NCBI GenBank assembly: GCA_009103225.1
Contig: RHPI01002910.1
Location: forward strand, 299,159 to 363,158
Length of the DNA stretch: 64,000 nt
From: Chlorokybus atmophyticus
Taxonomy: Eukaryota; Plantae; Mesostigma and Chlorokybus algae
Reading direction: 5' to 3'
The first letter of the stretch is position 1, and each line of letters starts with the position of its first letter. Below, one piece after another: positions 34,950-50,731 of this stretch. The translations under genes and the position numbers were made by a program. The notes beneath the pieces were generated by a model that was not told where the DNA came from, did not search any database, and saw only the letters and a program-made list of their open reading frames with translations.

Positions 34950-37815
34950 ATGGGCAAAGACAAGAAGCCCTTTTTCAAGTTGCGGTTCTGGCGTAAGCCC
35001 AGTCAGCAAGTGTTAGGGTCTCCCCAAGCATCAAGTTTGTCGCAGCCGTCCAGCAGTTCTCAGGCGTCAAGCACGTTGTGGACACCAGCGTCACCTGTCA
35101 TTCTGTCTCCGTCAACGTTTGCATCGGTTGAGCACTCGGCGACTTCGGAAGGGTCGAGCACGAGTTCGACATCAGGCACTCGCCGTTGGTCTGCTTTCCG
35201 CATACTAGTCACGGTGCGAATCATGCCGCTACTTTAGCTTTCAAATGGTTAGAGAGTATAGGTCGCACAACACTCTTGCTCTTCAGGTACTGTGCAATTG
35301 TCGTCACTTTCAAAAAATTATGCAGTTGATGTTTTATCGTGTCAGTTTTGAACGTAACAACCTTCGTGCCCATCGCTACCAGCACAACTTTGTTCAGGTT
35401 ATGTGACTGACATATGGGGTTGCAGGCTTTGGAGCTGGTTCGTTGCCAGCTGGTACAGCATGGGAGCGACTACAGCCGTGAAGCTGCTGTGGTAAGGTTC
35501 TCATGGCTCTTCTGCAGCCGTGCCAGTGGCATGCTCATCCTTGTGTGCATGGACGAACTGGTCGGTTGTACACGTTAGGTGGAAGCTGTGGAGTTGCGTT
35601 TCCATAGTGGACTGAATTGTTTGTGTGCTCTCAGAAATATGCACAAACATGTCCTATTGATCGCGCTGCGCTGCCATCCCTGTCGTTTCGGGTAAGTATC
35701 GTGTTCTCACACAATCATACCATGTTTGTAGCTAGAGGTCGTCCATGTAACAGATTGTTCTTAATAGATCACCCAAAGATTCTCTGTTGCACTCGCGCAG
35801 CACTACTTCTGACTGTCGATGCTCAGAGACTGTCCTCATCACCATACATACAACAGGTTGCAGCAGCAGAGGTGGAGGAACGAATCAATCAAACTGCGCA
35901 GCAGTTGTACCCGCAGCTGTTGGGCTTGCAAGCTCGCCGCAAGTTCTTGGCAGAAATATTGCGACCCTTGGCAAGCCGCATCGGCGATCAGCAGGTAACG
36001 GCTTGAGAGCACATGAGTAAATAATACTTTTGGTGGTGTGCGGAGGCAAGTTACACAGCGCAGTGTGCAGCTGTGTTTACCTGCTGCGGCATGCTTCTGC
36101 AGGTTGCTGACGCTGTCAAGAAGCACTCAAATCAAAAGAAAGAACCGCAACCGGAAAAGCCGGTTAGCAGCAGCAGCGCAGAAAAACAGCGTTCACAAAC
36201 GGCACCGCGTCTTCGTCCGTCTACAGCTCCAGCTTCGGCAGTGCGCTCACCACGACAGACAGATTCACCAGGCACCCCACCACTGGGTGACTCGCGCTCA
36301 GCTCGCATCTCAGCGCGCACTGAGCAGAATCGCTTGGCTCAGGCAGCTGCCATGCTAGGAAGGCGGGCTGATGGCACTGCAGAGCCTCTGGGACCTATTA
36401 AGGAGCGGCAGTCAAGCGCACGTCCAAGCTCCTCTATGCGCTCTCGGACACTTATATCGCCGACTCCACTCAAGACTTCCACACCTCATCCACATTTGCC
36501 GAGAGCGCCTCGGACACCAAGCTCCCCAGTAGGCTCTACCTCATTGCGAGTGCTGCTTGAAGAAGAGGGGTTGAGTAGTAGCGACCGCAGTGCTGACCTT
36601 GCAGTCGTCCGTGTCAATAATGGTGTTGAAGCCACACAGCAAGAGGCTGCTCAGGGCTTGGTGGCTGAGGCTGGCAGCAAGAGGGATCCAACTGAAGATG
36701 GAGTCCGCTTGTACGCTCTTGAGTGCTGTGCAGCGTCTCACACTGGCGTCCAGACCTATCGGGACAGCTTCAGGTCAGCTGCAAACGCCCTACAAGAAGC
36801 TCCTAAGTTACCTGCACTTTCGGCAACGGAGTCGTCAACTGCAATGATTGAGGTGGCTGCGGAGAAACCAGTAACACCCAAGGGCAAGGCTAGGCTTTCA
36901 CCTAGTCAGTCTGTCGACATGCCCACCTCAGAGGTGGTTGTGGACAGCATCCAGTTGCAGCCTGAGCGCGAGACCCCTGCAAGCGGCAGCGCAACACTTA
37001 CAGCACGGTTGCGTGAGTCGAATGCTTTGGTGCGAACTAAAGCGTTAGGTGATGAACTGGCATTGATACCTGCTGGGAAGTCACCACGCAGCCATGCAGG
37101 GCAAAGCGAGCGCCACAGCCCTAAGGCGTTTATGTCGCCTGAGTTTGTCGTCACACCAAGTCCCTTGCGGAAAGGCCCACATGGCAGAGCAACAGCCGAG
37201 AAGGCAGCAGCGGCTTCCCAGGTCTCTAAACAAAACCTGATAGTCAGATGGCAGCAGCAGCAGCAGCTTGCGGATGTCACGATAGCTCGTCTAGATTTGC
37301 GCGAGCAAACGCTTCTGGACACTCATCGGCACCTGCTAAACAAAGTGGCAAGTCTGGAGGAGTTTGCTACTGAAGCTAATTGCCAGCTTGCAGAGCATAT
37401 GCGGGAGGTAGCTCGCATGGAAGTGGTCGTGCGCACGCGAGAGCAGCAGTACACAGCGGCAGAAACTGCGCTGCGACAGCGCATCCAGACGCTGCAGCTG
37501 ACGGAGCAGGAGCTGCTGGATGCAGATAACCAGGTGCAGTTACGCTTGCAGGAGGTAAAGCAGCGAGAGGAGGCCTTGCTTGCTGCTCAGTTGCGCCTCA
37601 ATGATGACGTTGCCAGCAATGCTACGCGAACACAAGCACTCGACATGCTCAGCAAGAAGATTGATGCACAAGAAAAGGCACTAGCAGAGCGCGAACGCAA
37701 GGTGGCCCAGAGAGAGCAGCAGATTTCCTTGACAGGCAGCAACCTGAGCCGCTGGTATCAAGAAATGGCCGAAATACAAGCATCCAAGGAGTTTTCCAAG
37801 GAGTCTGCAAGTTAA
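34950..37815 (+). CDS. Hypothetical protein: Ser-rich N-terminus, small helical domain (exons ~35424-35492, 35635-35692, 35858-35994), long Ser/Pro-rich disordered region and C-terminal coiled coil
   Basis: The final exon is a 580-codon open frame. It has GT-AG bounded upstream exons and a Q/E/L/R-rich heptad-like C-terminal ~180 aa. No family was recognised. Confidence 0.8.
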
Positions 37816-38799
37816 CAATACCATAGCTTGTACAGGCACCTGACTCGACTGTACATGCAGGTTGGCAGATACATACTGCAGACTTCTCGGTCCTTGTATG
37901 CCTTCAGCAGCATCCCAGCGTTTGTGTCTTCTACATTATTATCCCCCAGCACTAGAGTTGTGTGAAGTGTACAGAAATCTTCAACGCTGTTGTGTGTCTG
38001 TGCTTATGCTTTAGCCTAGTGCGACTGCCAAGTTAAGAGTGACCAACTGGGTTCACTGACTCATTGTTTCTCGCTGTTCATATCCCTGTGCATGCTGCCA
38101 GTCATTTGAACTGGCGGGCTGGACACTTGCGCTGCTTGCAATTCCTTGTGTGCAGCCTGTGCAGATAGTGTCATGAATAGGTATGGTTGTCATACTATTA
38201 CCCGCCTTGTACAGGGGTGTATGTGCTACAATCAGGCGTTATGTCAAGCTGTCAACTACAAGACTGCAACCAATTTGTCGGGGCGTTGCTGTTCGTTGCT
38301 CATAGAGCAAGAGGAGTTTTCGTAGCATTTTGCATCGACCATTTTGCTGCATGCGCATACGGGGCACCTTGTGGCGCATTGCGCTGTAGCAAACATGTGG
38401 CCACCGCGTGCGCAGCACTACATTACAGGCATGGCTGACAGTGCGTAGCTTTGTATGATGATGTTGCTGTACTAGTGATTTTATCACTACATTGCACGCC
38501 CGCATTGCATCAAACTTGTTGATGGCGACAGCGTGAGAAGAGCAATAGCGACATTAATTGCGATAGCAGAACTAGATTAAGAAGATGTGAGTTGACAATT
38601 AAAAGGCACCGAACAATAGTATAAGAGGTTTGCTGAGTATTGCCTTTTAGCCTTATTAGAGTTTTTTCTATACGTCATAAAAATGGAGAGCACGATAGCC
38701 GGGGTGCTGTTGCATGCAAGCATGCTTGCATAGTTGTATACAACAGTATATATCGAGTATCGATTTGACACAAGGTCAGTGTAGTGTAACATATCCTGC

Positions 38800-39210
38800 A
38801 TGAGGTGGGTAATCGGTTCGCCGGGAGCACCCTGATTGCATGGCGACTCTCACTGACGGGTCACGGGAGACCGACTGGATCTAGTGGCCGCCGAGTCAAG
38901 CCACGAATGGCAGGTACTACAGGAAAACACTCTCACAACATCCAGCTCTTAGCCAAGTGGGGGTACGTGCGACTGAGTTGGTCAAGTGGTTAAGTACAAT
39001 GACAACGCGCCTAGAAAATACATTCCTCCAGCAATCAGAACGTTTGGAACTTTGGGGGCCTCCTTTCGCGAGCTCATCAATCAGTATGCGCGTGTGGTCC
39101 AGCACAAGCGACTCCACATGGCGGGTTTGTGTTCATGTACAGGTACAGGTAGCGGATTGCTTGTGCGTTGCAGCGGGTCAGAGCGTGGCGTTGTTAACGC
39201 GACCAACTAC
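38800..39210 (+). mobile_element. Probable remnant of the restriction-like endonuclease (RLE) C-terminus of a CRE/R2-type non-LTR retrotransposon
   Basis: Across frameshifts: DRLDLV (38869-38886)...KVVKY (38992-38997)...YIPPAIRTFGTLG...RIACALQR(G)QS (39153-39176). This matches the RxD..KxxKY..FxPxxxExxGxxG..SVxLQRGNA layout of RLE LINEs. Confidence 0.45.
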
Positions 39211-39775
39211 CGCCTTGTGCCCAGTTCTGGGCAGGCCACCACGACATGCACCTATGACTACCTTGTCGGATGTGGTAGTGTTCTTGGCATGACGCCCTCA
39301 TACTAGCATGCATAGCTGCGTGGTTGTTATGCGTGTTGGCATTATGTAGCTAGCTTGTGTTGGGGTTGCTGAGAGTGTGCATTACTAGGTTATCATTATC
39401 AAAATGGCGAGTAGAAAAAATGCAATGTGATGCATGTGTGTGGTGCAATGGCTCCATTAAAAATAAACCCTGTGAATGAATGTGCATCAGCTGTCAATCA
39501 GCTAGTGCACAAAGCCAGAACATTGGTTTTGTACTTGATCTGCATCGATATTTACTGAATTCCAATGCATTAGGACGACTGCATCTATTGACCCCCATGA
39601 CAAGGTCGGTTGAAATCGGCAATGCTGTGGCCCGCTAACATGCTGATCGAGGGGAACCATGTCACAAGCCATCACACTGTATGACTAGACATACACGCTG
39701 CGACAGCCAAAATTGACAACAGTTGCCACAACAAGTGGCAACTTGCTTCAAACCACAGCTAATCAACAGGACTAC

Positions 39776-42340
<2,565 letters not shown>

Positions 42341-42731
42341 AAGGGCCTCGGCCAGGCCCAGGCCCCTGGCCGAGCCACGCCTCCAGCGCGCAGAGTAAAG
42401 CGGGCCACGCCTTTCAGCGCAAACAGCACCCACCTAACCAAAACACCAGCTGCCTGAATCAAATCAAACCCAACCACCTCCTCGTCACCACACCCTACTC
42501 CTACACGCTACCGCAGCTGCCGTCGCCAACAATACCGCCGGCACTGCCAACGACAATGCCGCTCAAACCCTGATTTTCAAGCGTAAGCTTACGTTATGTT
42601 GCAGGTCATAACCTTCCCCAACAGTTTGTGCCCGATGTTCTCTGCTGTAGGGAGTCAAGACAGGAGTAACGTTAGCGTGCGTGCTACAATGCACTTAATC
42701 CATAGTTGCCCAATAGGCAGGCGGACAGGAC
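42341..42731. promoter_or_regulatory. Putative bidirectional promoter between head-to-head CNOT11 and the AKR2-like gene
   Basis: The inferred start codons diverge ~390 bp apart. Contains AAACCC motifs. Confidence 0.5.
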
Positions 42732-44854
42732 ATGGAGGTGGCAGCGCCGGTGGTGAGGGCGGCGGCGGCGGCGGGACTTCGTGTGCAGGGCTGGGTGCCA
42801 GCTGCTCAGAGGTAGCACATTTGCTGCTGCTCGTCTCCGTTTGCTACTCTTGCCTCCTAGGCCTGCTTGTGTGTAAGTCTAGTGAGGCATGCTGAAACTG
42901 AGCTGCTGCAATGCAGACCGGTGTCCTGCAGTCAGCTTCGCAGCTGTTCAAAGCCTGTTTCTTCAAGGGCTTGCTTCAGCATGAAGAAGAGGTGAGTAAG
43001 TTTGTAGCCGTCTGACGTGGTGTCACCTTGCTTGCCTTCAAGCAGACACGACCCGTTGTGGCTTACCGCATGCATGCTGAACAGTTGTTTGTGTCTCTTT
43101 TGCCAGGCAACAGCAGCAGAGGCGAAAGGCTTTGCTGACGCGCAGCGATGGCACCAATGGCGCCAACGCAGGCACGCAAAAAGATGGGGAACAGGGCTCC
43201 GTTGTGCCGCCGGAGGTTTTGAAGCAGATGCAGGAAGCTTACGCTGAGGCGCTCAAAGTCCCAGGGGTGAGACCATGTGTGTGGCATGGCATCATCGCAA
43301 GATTGTCCTAGGTTGTCGTTGGCTGAATGCTGTGTGCGGAATGCTTCAAGCTACATGCTAGCTATTCCCACGCACTGAATCTGGTGATGGTGATTGAGTA
43401 TATGCTGCACCCAACTGCTGGCAGGTTGGCGCACAAGCAGCAGGCATGGAGTCCCAGATGATGAACAGTCTAGATCCCAAGGTGTTGGAAGAGGCTCTGA
43501 AGAAAAACCCGCAGCTTGCAGAGCAGTTCAAGGCCATGCAGGTGCGCAATGCATGGCGATGCGTGCAACATGCATAGACTGCCACAAGCTTGCCTGAACA
43601 CAATTCTTGCATGCTGTAGTCGTCCATGGACGCTCCAGATGTGGCGCAGCAGCTAGCTGCCATCCAGCAACAGCTGCAACAGAACCCTGGCGCTGTTGAG
43701 CAGATGAAGAAGATGACGGAGCAGTTCACCTCTGCGGAGATGCAGGTAGGCTGCAGTGCATGCATTGTGCTCGGTGGTACATAGTATATGCAAATTCAAG
43801 GTCAAGCCTATATCAATGGTGCACCCGTGCCGACAGCTGTCAAACAGCTGCAATGTGCCACTGGTAGTGGGCTGCGCGTTAAGTTTATCAACGTGTGTGC
43901 ATGTGTCGACCTTCAGGAGAAGCTCAAGAAGCTCAAGGACGATGAGGAGCTGCAGGCGGTGTTTGAGGATATTGCAAAGAATGGCCCGCAGGCGTTGATG
44001 AAGTACTGGAACGATCCTGCCACGCTCAAGAAGATCTCCGCCAAGATGGGCGGCAACCCCGAAGCTGCTGCTGCCGCTGCTGCTGCTGCTAGCGCTGGAC
44101 CTGCACCCAACGCGCCCACCATGGAAGTGAACAACCTGATAGATGCTGCAAAGTGAGTGCATGCGCATAACTGCCATGTCGCTTCAGAGTGGCGTTCATT
44201 ACCCATCACTGGCGAACTTTGGCACCTCACTCTTAGTTCACTGCATGCTTTATTACTGCAGGTTTGGTGATGTGGAAGCTGCCGAAGATTTTCTTGCTGT
44301 TGGGAGGGTATGCGATTGTGTATGTCGTTGTGCACTGCGTGTTGACTTGGCACCAGTATGCAGTTTGAGAAGGTGTTCTGCTTCAGGATGTAAACGAGGC
44401 GGACAAGGAGGGGCGCACTCCATTGCACTTCTCAGTTGCCTATTCTCAGCCGGCTGTGTTTGAGGTGCATATTGTTTATGTGTCATTGAAGCTTACGCGG
44501 GTTGACACGCCTTTATTAAACATGCATGCATACATACACCTCGCAATACATGCTTTGCTCCAATGCAAAGTTGCATTGCACACACTTGCGCAGGTCTTGG
44601 TAGCAGCTGGAGCCAAGTTGAACGCAACTGACTCAAAACAAAACACGCCCTTGCACTACGCTGCTGGTTATGGGCGATCAGACTTCATCAAGCCTTTATT
44701 AGATGCTGGTGCTGATACATCTGCGAAGAACTCCACAGGGAAGACACCATATGACCTTGCTACGATCGATCAACGGAATCCTCTGTCCAGTGATGAGGAG
44801 GCTTTGGCATTGCTCAAGCCCAAAGGCTCTGGCTTCTTCCAGAATCAAGAGTGA
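42732..44854 (+). CDS. AKR2-like STI1-domain + ankyrin-repeat protein with a predicted plastid transit peptide; ~9 exons
   Basis: LKDDEELQAVFEDIAKNGPQALMKYWNDPATLKKISAKMG resembles the AKR2 STI1-like segment. Ankyrin repeats are DKEGRTPLHFSVAY and DSKQNTPLHYAAGYGR..LLDAGAD. The spliced N-terminus is MEVAAPVVRAAAAAGLRVQGWVPAAQRPVSCSQLRSCSKPVSSRACFSMKKR. Confidence 0.88.
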
Positions 44855-45943
44855 TTGGTGGTAGTGTTGAAGGTTAGCAGGTAGGTCTGCATGTCGGAGA
44901 AGGTCATCATGCCAAAGATTTTGCTTATTAGTGCGTTGGTTGGTTGTTATATTGAAGGCTGAGAGTAAGTCATTGCAATCTACGTATATGTGTTGTCGTG
45001 TAGTCACGGTCATCGGGTTAAAGCTTGGTCACTAAATCACATGCAGGAATGACGCTGAGCGTTCCTTCCATTTTGGTTTGTCCGCACTTGAGTTGTTAAG
45101 GAAAGGCAAATGTTAAAGGAGGCATGCCGCCACCTGCAAAAATCGTACCCCAATGTTGCACTATTGTAACTGGTGAAAGTATAAGGTTTTAACTAGCCCC
45201 GCTGGCTTTGTATGATTGCTATGTGGTGTATATAAGGGGTATGCTGCTGTGCCAGCATGCGTGGTGAGCTGACATGCATCACTACTCATGACATATCACT
45301 CACAACCGGGCTAGTACTAAGGCTGCTTGCTACGCTACGCTACTGCTAGCCCGCCCCGTCGGACATACAAGCATGCCACAGGTTGGTACCTGCCCACACA
45401 GTCGCTGGTTAGTTGTTGTTGATAACGGCCAGGACTGCAACGGCATCAGCATGCAGGACGACAAGTCCCTCCCTCCTCTCCTTGTCTCTCCGCCATCCTC
45501 TGACGCTCAGCAGCCATGCCGCGCTCTGCTCTCTCCTGCTGTCGTAACAACCTTGCCGCGCAGTGCTCACGTCAGCACTGCATTGCGCAGGAGCCTGTGG
45601 TTGTGTTGGCAGTTCGATGCAGCAGGTGGGGTTGGGTGGTGGGGTTGGTGTACTACGCTACCTAGACGGCTGCCTGGTGTATATATTATACGCTGCTTGG
45701 CAGACAGCTTGATTGCTTGCGTTAACATCATTCCTTCAAGGGATATGTGTTGCTCTAAGAGCAATACATATATGCAATTGCGTTGCAGATCTGTAGAGCA
45801 GGGTCACAAATGTTCACCACTATATGCATGTTGACTGGTTTACATGCATCCAACAACTACTCTACACAACGCCAAACCTTGCCCACGAACATTACAGCAT
45901 TTTACTAGCAAGTGTTTTGGTGTCAACCAAACAATGCTGCATC

Positions 45944-47960
45944 TCAGGTGCTCGATTGAGCACCACCCTTACCCTCACCCTCGCAGTAGCTTCTGAGCCA
46001 TCCCTGTTTTGTGTCATCAAGCCAGTCCTTCACAGCGTTCTTTGCCCACGCACTGACATCTTTCGCTGCAACGGCAAAGTCGGGGCTGTACGTGTACCCG
46101 ACGTAGCCTATGATGCCCCTCAGCCCCGCACAATCGGTCGACACGTTGCTGCCGGCGGGGAAGCCAAACTTCATCGAGTAGTCTTTCGGGACAAGAGAGA
46201 CTGTTACCAAGGTGTTGTTGCCCCGCTGCCAGTCAGCGCGAAAGCCGATGGCCCTTGCGTACGTTTCAGCAGGACTCCTGCATGTGCGTGCATGCGTGAG
46301 TGCGAGTGTGCCACACCAAATGCGTGCACGAGTTCTCGCACAATGCGCATATGCATGTCGCAATAGAGTTAAAATGTACAGCACTATGATGCAGTGAACA
46401 GTTGGTTGATTTCAAGGGTGCAAGATCATGCGGGGAATGGTGCATGCGTCTTACCAGTGGCCCTTCCCGCACTCAGAGTCGATCTGCATGCAAGGAGTGT
46501 TAGAGTCAATTGCATCGCCACCGTCCAGTATACATCATTTTGACATGGCTCTAGATAGCGCAGGTTGGTAAATGTGCATGCATGGCGATGGTCAAGCTCA
46601 ACCGCTGACTCTCACCTCAAGGAAGGCGGCACAGCGAGGCAGAAATACGGACAGAGCCCCGTGGCCTCCGTGTGCACCCACATACACGTCTAGGTTTGCA
46701 ATTGCCAGTATCTGTGCGACCGCGACAGCGTCAATGTCAGTTTGCAGCTAGCTCAGAGTGCAGCACATGCACATGCACATGCACATGCACGCACACCTGA
46801 TCTCGGAACTCGGGGTTCTTCTTGGGGTCAAGCGGGCAAGCCAAGTGTGCGCCCTCAAGTGCGTCGATGTTTGTAACGTGTACATTTGGCGCGCCCGCAT
46901 CCCTGATGGCTGCGACGACACCTGCGGCAACTTCGTCCATGTTGACGATCTTGCGGTGCCACATGTGCTTGCGGGCGTACACGCCGAGGCGGACCTCCTC
47001 GCCTTGGCGTGGTCGGGACACGCGTGGGGGCGTCACTTTCAGGTACGCCCACGTGGCATCGCGGTACGCCGCCAGAGCGCGGCCCACCTGATCCTCCGTG
47101 TACATTCTCGCGCGCGGGTTCAAGTGTTGAAGAGGCCAGATCCACATCTGGTTTACAACAAGCGTCTCGAAGCACGTCACGCTGTTGGCCTCAAGCATGA
47201 TCAAGTCCGCCTGCCCTTGAACAACATAGCGCATGATTTGCATGTCAGTCAAGTCACATGGTGCAGTGCATTTGCAGTGGTGCAGAGCATTTGAGCCCTG
47301 TGGCCAGCGGTGAGAAACATGCATGCATGCATGCATGTGTGTACACATGCACAAACGCACACACAAAAGCACACACACCATGACAAAAGCGTGCATGCCC
47401 GCACGCGTATACACATACAGACGTGCGCCGCAAGCATGCATGCACATGATCAGGTATATGCGCGAACAGACATGCGCACGCTTGCCCAACGCACCTCAGG
47501 AGTTAGTGATAGGGTGACGCGGGTGAGGTGAGCGGCGAGGGCGTACTCTGCGCCCATCGCACGATTGAAATGCGCATCCGCAAGGAAGTGCTCGATCCTC
47601 CCACCGAGCTTCTCCTCATACTCCTGCAGGACCTGGACGGCGCTCTCGTGCAGGACGTTCTCCATCATGTGGTGGTTGGGGTTGGGACTCCTCACGCGCA
47701 CGCGCATGGTCACGCCCGGCACCCAACGCACGGACCGCTGAGAAAGAGCCTTGGCTGAGGGTGAGAAGTGCAGAACCGGTGTGTAACTCTTTTGGTACAC
47801 GTCCTCCCATACGGGACCCGCAAGCTTCAGCTCCGGGTCCTCATCCAGCCAGCTCTCGTTCCTCCCCACAAACACGTAGCGGAAGGTTGGACGTCGTTTC
47901 TCTATGCACACACCCTTCAGCACAGCTGACAGCGGAGGCCCACCCTGCATCAGCGGGGAG

Positions 47961-48050
<90 letters not shown>

Positions 48051-48051
48051 N

Positions 48052-48130
<79 letters not shown>

Positions 48131-49431
48131 ACACGTGGTGTGCTGGGCAATGTGCGGACGTGCAACTTGTCACGCTTACAGTAACATAGTCGGTTCTGAA
48201 GCCTTGCTTTGGCGGGGAAACAGTCACTGTCCTTGCGTGCTTCATACCCCCTCCGGGCAAGTCCCTAAACACCATTTGGCCCCATCCCGTGCCGGGCAAA
48301 TCTGACGCCTCGCACGGGGGCAAAAACTCCGCTCTCCTGATGACAATTACTATTGAGCATCACACACACATGCAAGCCACAACAGAATGAGACACCTCCG
48401 AGGCTCTCACCTGGCCAGGATGGAAGGATCAACTGGCTTCTCTTGGTGGGTGTTGCCACTGCCATTATACATGCATGCAGAGGCGGGGGTGTGCTCTGCG
48501 CTTGCTCCCCCTCGTAGCGCAAAGAAGCGGCCGCCTCTCCCCTGTATGAGGAGGAGGATGACGAGCATGAAGGCCAGGGGACCCAGCAGGAACACCGTCG
48601 CTAGGCCCAGCGAGCGCAAAAGCCTGGACGACCACGGCCACTGGCATGGGGACAGCGCAGAAGAAGCGGCCTGCCTCCCTGCTGCTGGCGAAAGTAGCAA
48701 ATGTGTCATTGTGTGTAGTTACAGAATAGTAGTCGTGTGTATGTGAAGAGGAGGAGTGACAGGTTGTGATGCTGTCTAGCTGATGTGAGGTTCGGCCTTG
48801 CGTGAGTATACAAAGCTCAGGCGCTTCAAGCGCCTGACCAAGTTGATCAGAAGGCTTGAGCTTGATAAACTACATGCATAGGAACAACGCAGCAGAAGCG
48901 GCGTGCCTTTCTGCTGATGGCGGAAGTACAAAATGTGACATTGTGTGTGTGTATGTGAAGAGGAGTGACAGCAGGTTGGATGCTGTCTAGCTGAGTGAGG
49001 CCCGGCCTTGCGTACGTACACAAAATTCAGGCGCTTGATCACTTTAATCAAAAGGCTTAGGAGCTTAACAAACTACATGCATGGGCAATAAGGCATGCCG
49101 AGCGGCAGCAATTGCCACCGCAGATGCCGTCTCTCACTCCACCTTAGCAACCTACTTGAAGGTGGAGTGAGAGACCGCCCCATGGCCCGAGCTGCAGTGA
49201 CAATCCATCTCATGTCATGATGACAGCTGTGACATCACACCTGTCATTACCATATGCAATGCGTGCAACCCACACGGCTAGTGGTTGGCTACGCAATGCA
49301 CAGCCGCTGAGCAGGGAAATCACAGAGACTCTAAGAGACTCTGGAGAGTCTCTTAGACTGTGGCACTGACCTGCGTTGGCATACCAGGCGAGCTTCATCG
49401 CTGCGACGGCGACAGTATCCACCACATGCAC
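45944..49431 (-). CDS. Glycosyltransferase family 61-like type II membrane protein (5' end uncertain; coding at least 48690-45944)
   Basis: N-terminal TM segment LGLATVFLLGPLAFMLVILLLI; NPNHHMMENVL; YARKHMWHRKIVNMDEV (RxIxNxxEV motif); NLDVYVGAHGGHGALSVFLPRCAAFLE, equivalent to the GT61 DVxVGxHGAGLxNxxFLPxxAxxxE motif. Confidence 0.75.
47964..48128. repeat. (AG)n microsatellite (~165 bp, one N) in an intron of the GT61-like gene
   Basis: Seen directly in the sequence. Confidence 0.95.
48660..49115. repeat. Degenerate tandem duplication, two units of ~230 bp
   Basis: agaagcggc.tgcct...aaatgtg.cattgtgtg...gtgtgtatgtgaagaggag...gatgctgtctagctga.tgagg..cggccttgcgt...caggcgctt...aaactacatgcat occurs twice in tandem. 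Confidence 0.8.
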
Positions 49432-50619
49432 GGCGCCCTCCTCCCGGCGGACCCTTCGCCGCCGCTGCTGCCTACACTCAGCCTGGCGTAGGCGCTGCCA
49501 TAGGCGCCACCGCCAGCGCCGTTCCCCGCGATGCTGCTAGGGCCTACGTGCTCAAAAAAGGTCACATGCCATATGGCTGTTTTTGACAGACCAAAGGTGT
49601 AGCACACCACTTCTAGTCTGTCCACCCCACTGACAACGACGATCATTCCATTACAACAGCAGCGCACTCCCCCTTGCGCTGGGCTGCCGGCATTTGTGTG
49701 TTGGGCTGCCTCCCTTGCGGCGAGCATGCGCACAAGAGTGCAAGGTCTGGAGGGTTTGGAACCCTCCTCCCAGAGATGCAACTTGATGCGTGATGGGTAT
49801 GAGCTCTGCTGCACCGGCTAGCAGTTTCAAGCTGGCAAAGCAATCGATAGCCCGTCAACTACCGATGGTGTGCCTGTGATACCTTTCTGTCCTCGATCAG
49901 CGCATGCAGGTCTCTCGGCCCAACCGACGGGATGAATGGCACGCGCCCTGCATTGGTCACAAGGAACCTAGTAAGAGCAAGTTCCCGGGACACACTCAGG
50001 GGCTGAAAATATGTCAGCCCTGATCCGTGTGCATGCACGTGTCATGGCAATGCGGCATTGCCAATGCCGAATCGCTGATCGTGAAGTTGGTTTGGCGTGT
50101 GTTCTCTCAGCTGATGGTTGACCTGGCTATGGGCTTGTTTGTTATTATTGCAAAAGGGTCTGACGTGCCAGAAGCAGGATGCTTGATGCACAGAGCAGTA
50201 CAGTAGTTAACGTGCACGCGCTGGCAAGCTTTGTGAAACTTGGCAGCCACCCTGCCAGCTTGACTTCATCCGGTCCTTCTTGTCACTCCGTCCGGTCCGT
50301 TCCTCCGTCGTTTACCAGACCGTGTGGTCGTCCCAAAACCCGAACCGGCTGCGATGCCGCCTTTGACCGGCTCAGCACGTAAAACGGCTCAACCGTGGAT
50401 GGTGTTTTGGGACAAGAGCATGCCTCGCTTTCCGCTGTCGTGTCCGCGATGCTTGATCAATCAAACGGTCTACGCCCGTTGTCATATCCGCCGCCGGAGT
50501 AACCTCGCCGTATTTTTAAGGACTTAAATCTCAGGGAACCGATGATCCGTCCCTGCTAAACAGCCGCGGGCATAAGAACAGTCTTAGCCGCGAAGGGAAT
50601 GTTAAGATGTGTATGCGTC

Positions 50620-50698
50620 AGTTCCCACCTGAATGTGCCCACAACGAGAAGAAAACACGGATTTATGTATATGTGTATATGTCGTATACACATGTGTG

Positions 50699-50731
<33 letters not shown>

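Noticed and set aside
47761-48305. RERERE/SLSLSL ORFs
   Set aside because: They are translations of an intronic (AG)n microsatellite.
50240-50600. Compositionally distinct segment, possibly organellar or viral DNA
   Set aside because: No recognisable gene or RNA motif. It could simply be promoter or TE-derived sequence.
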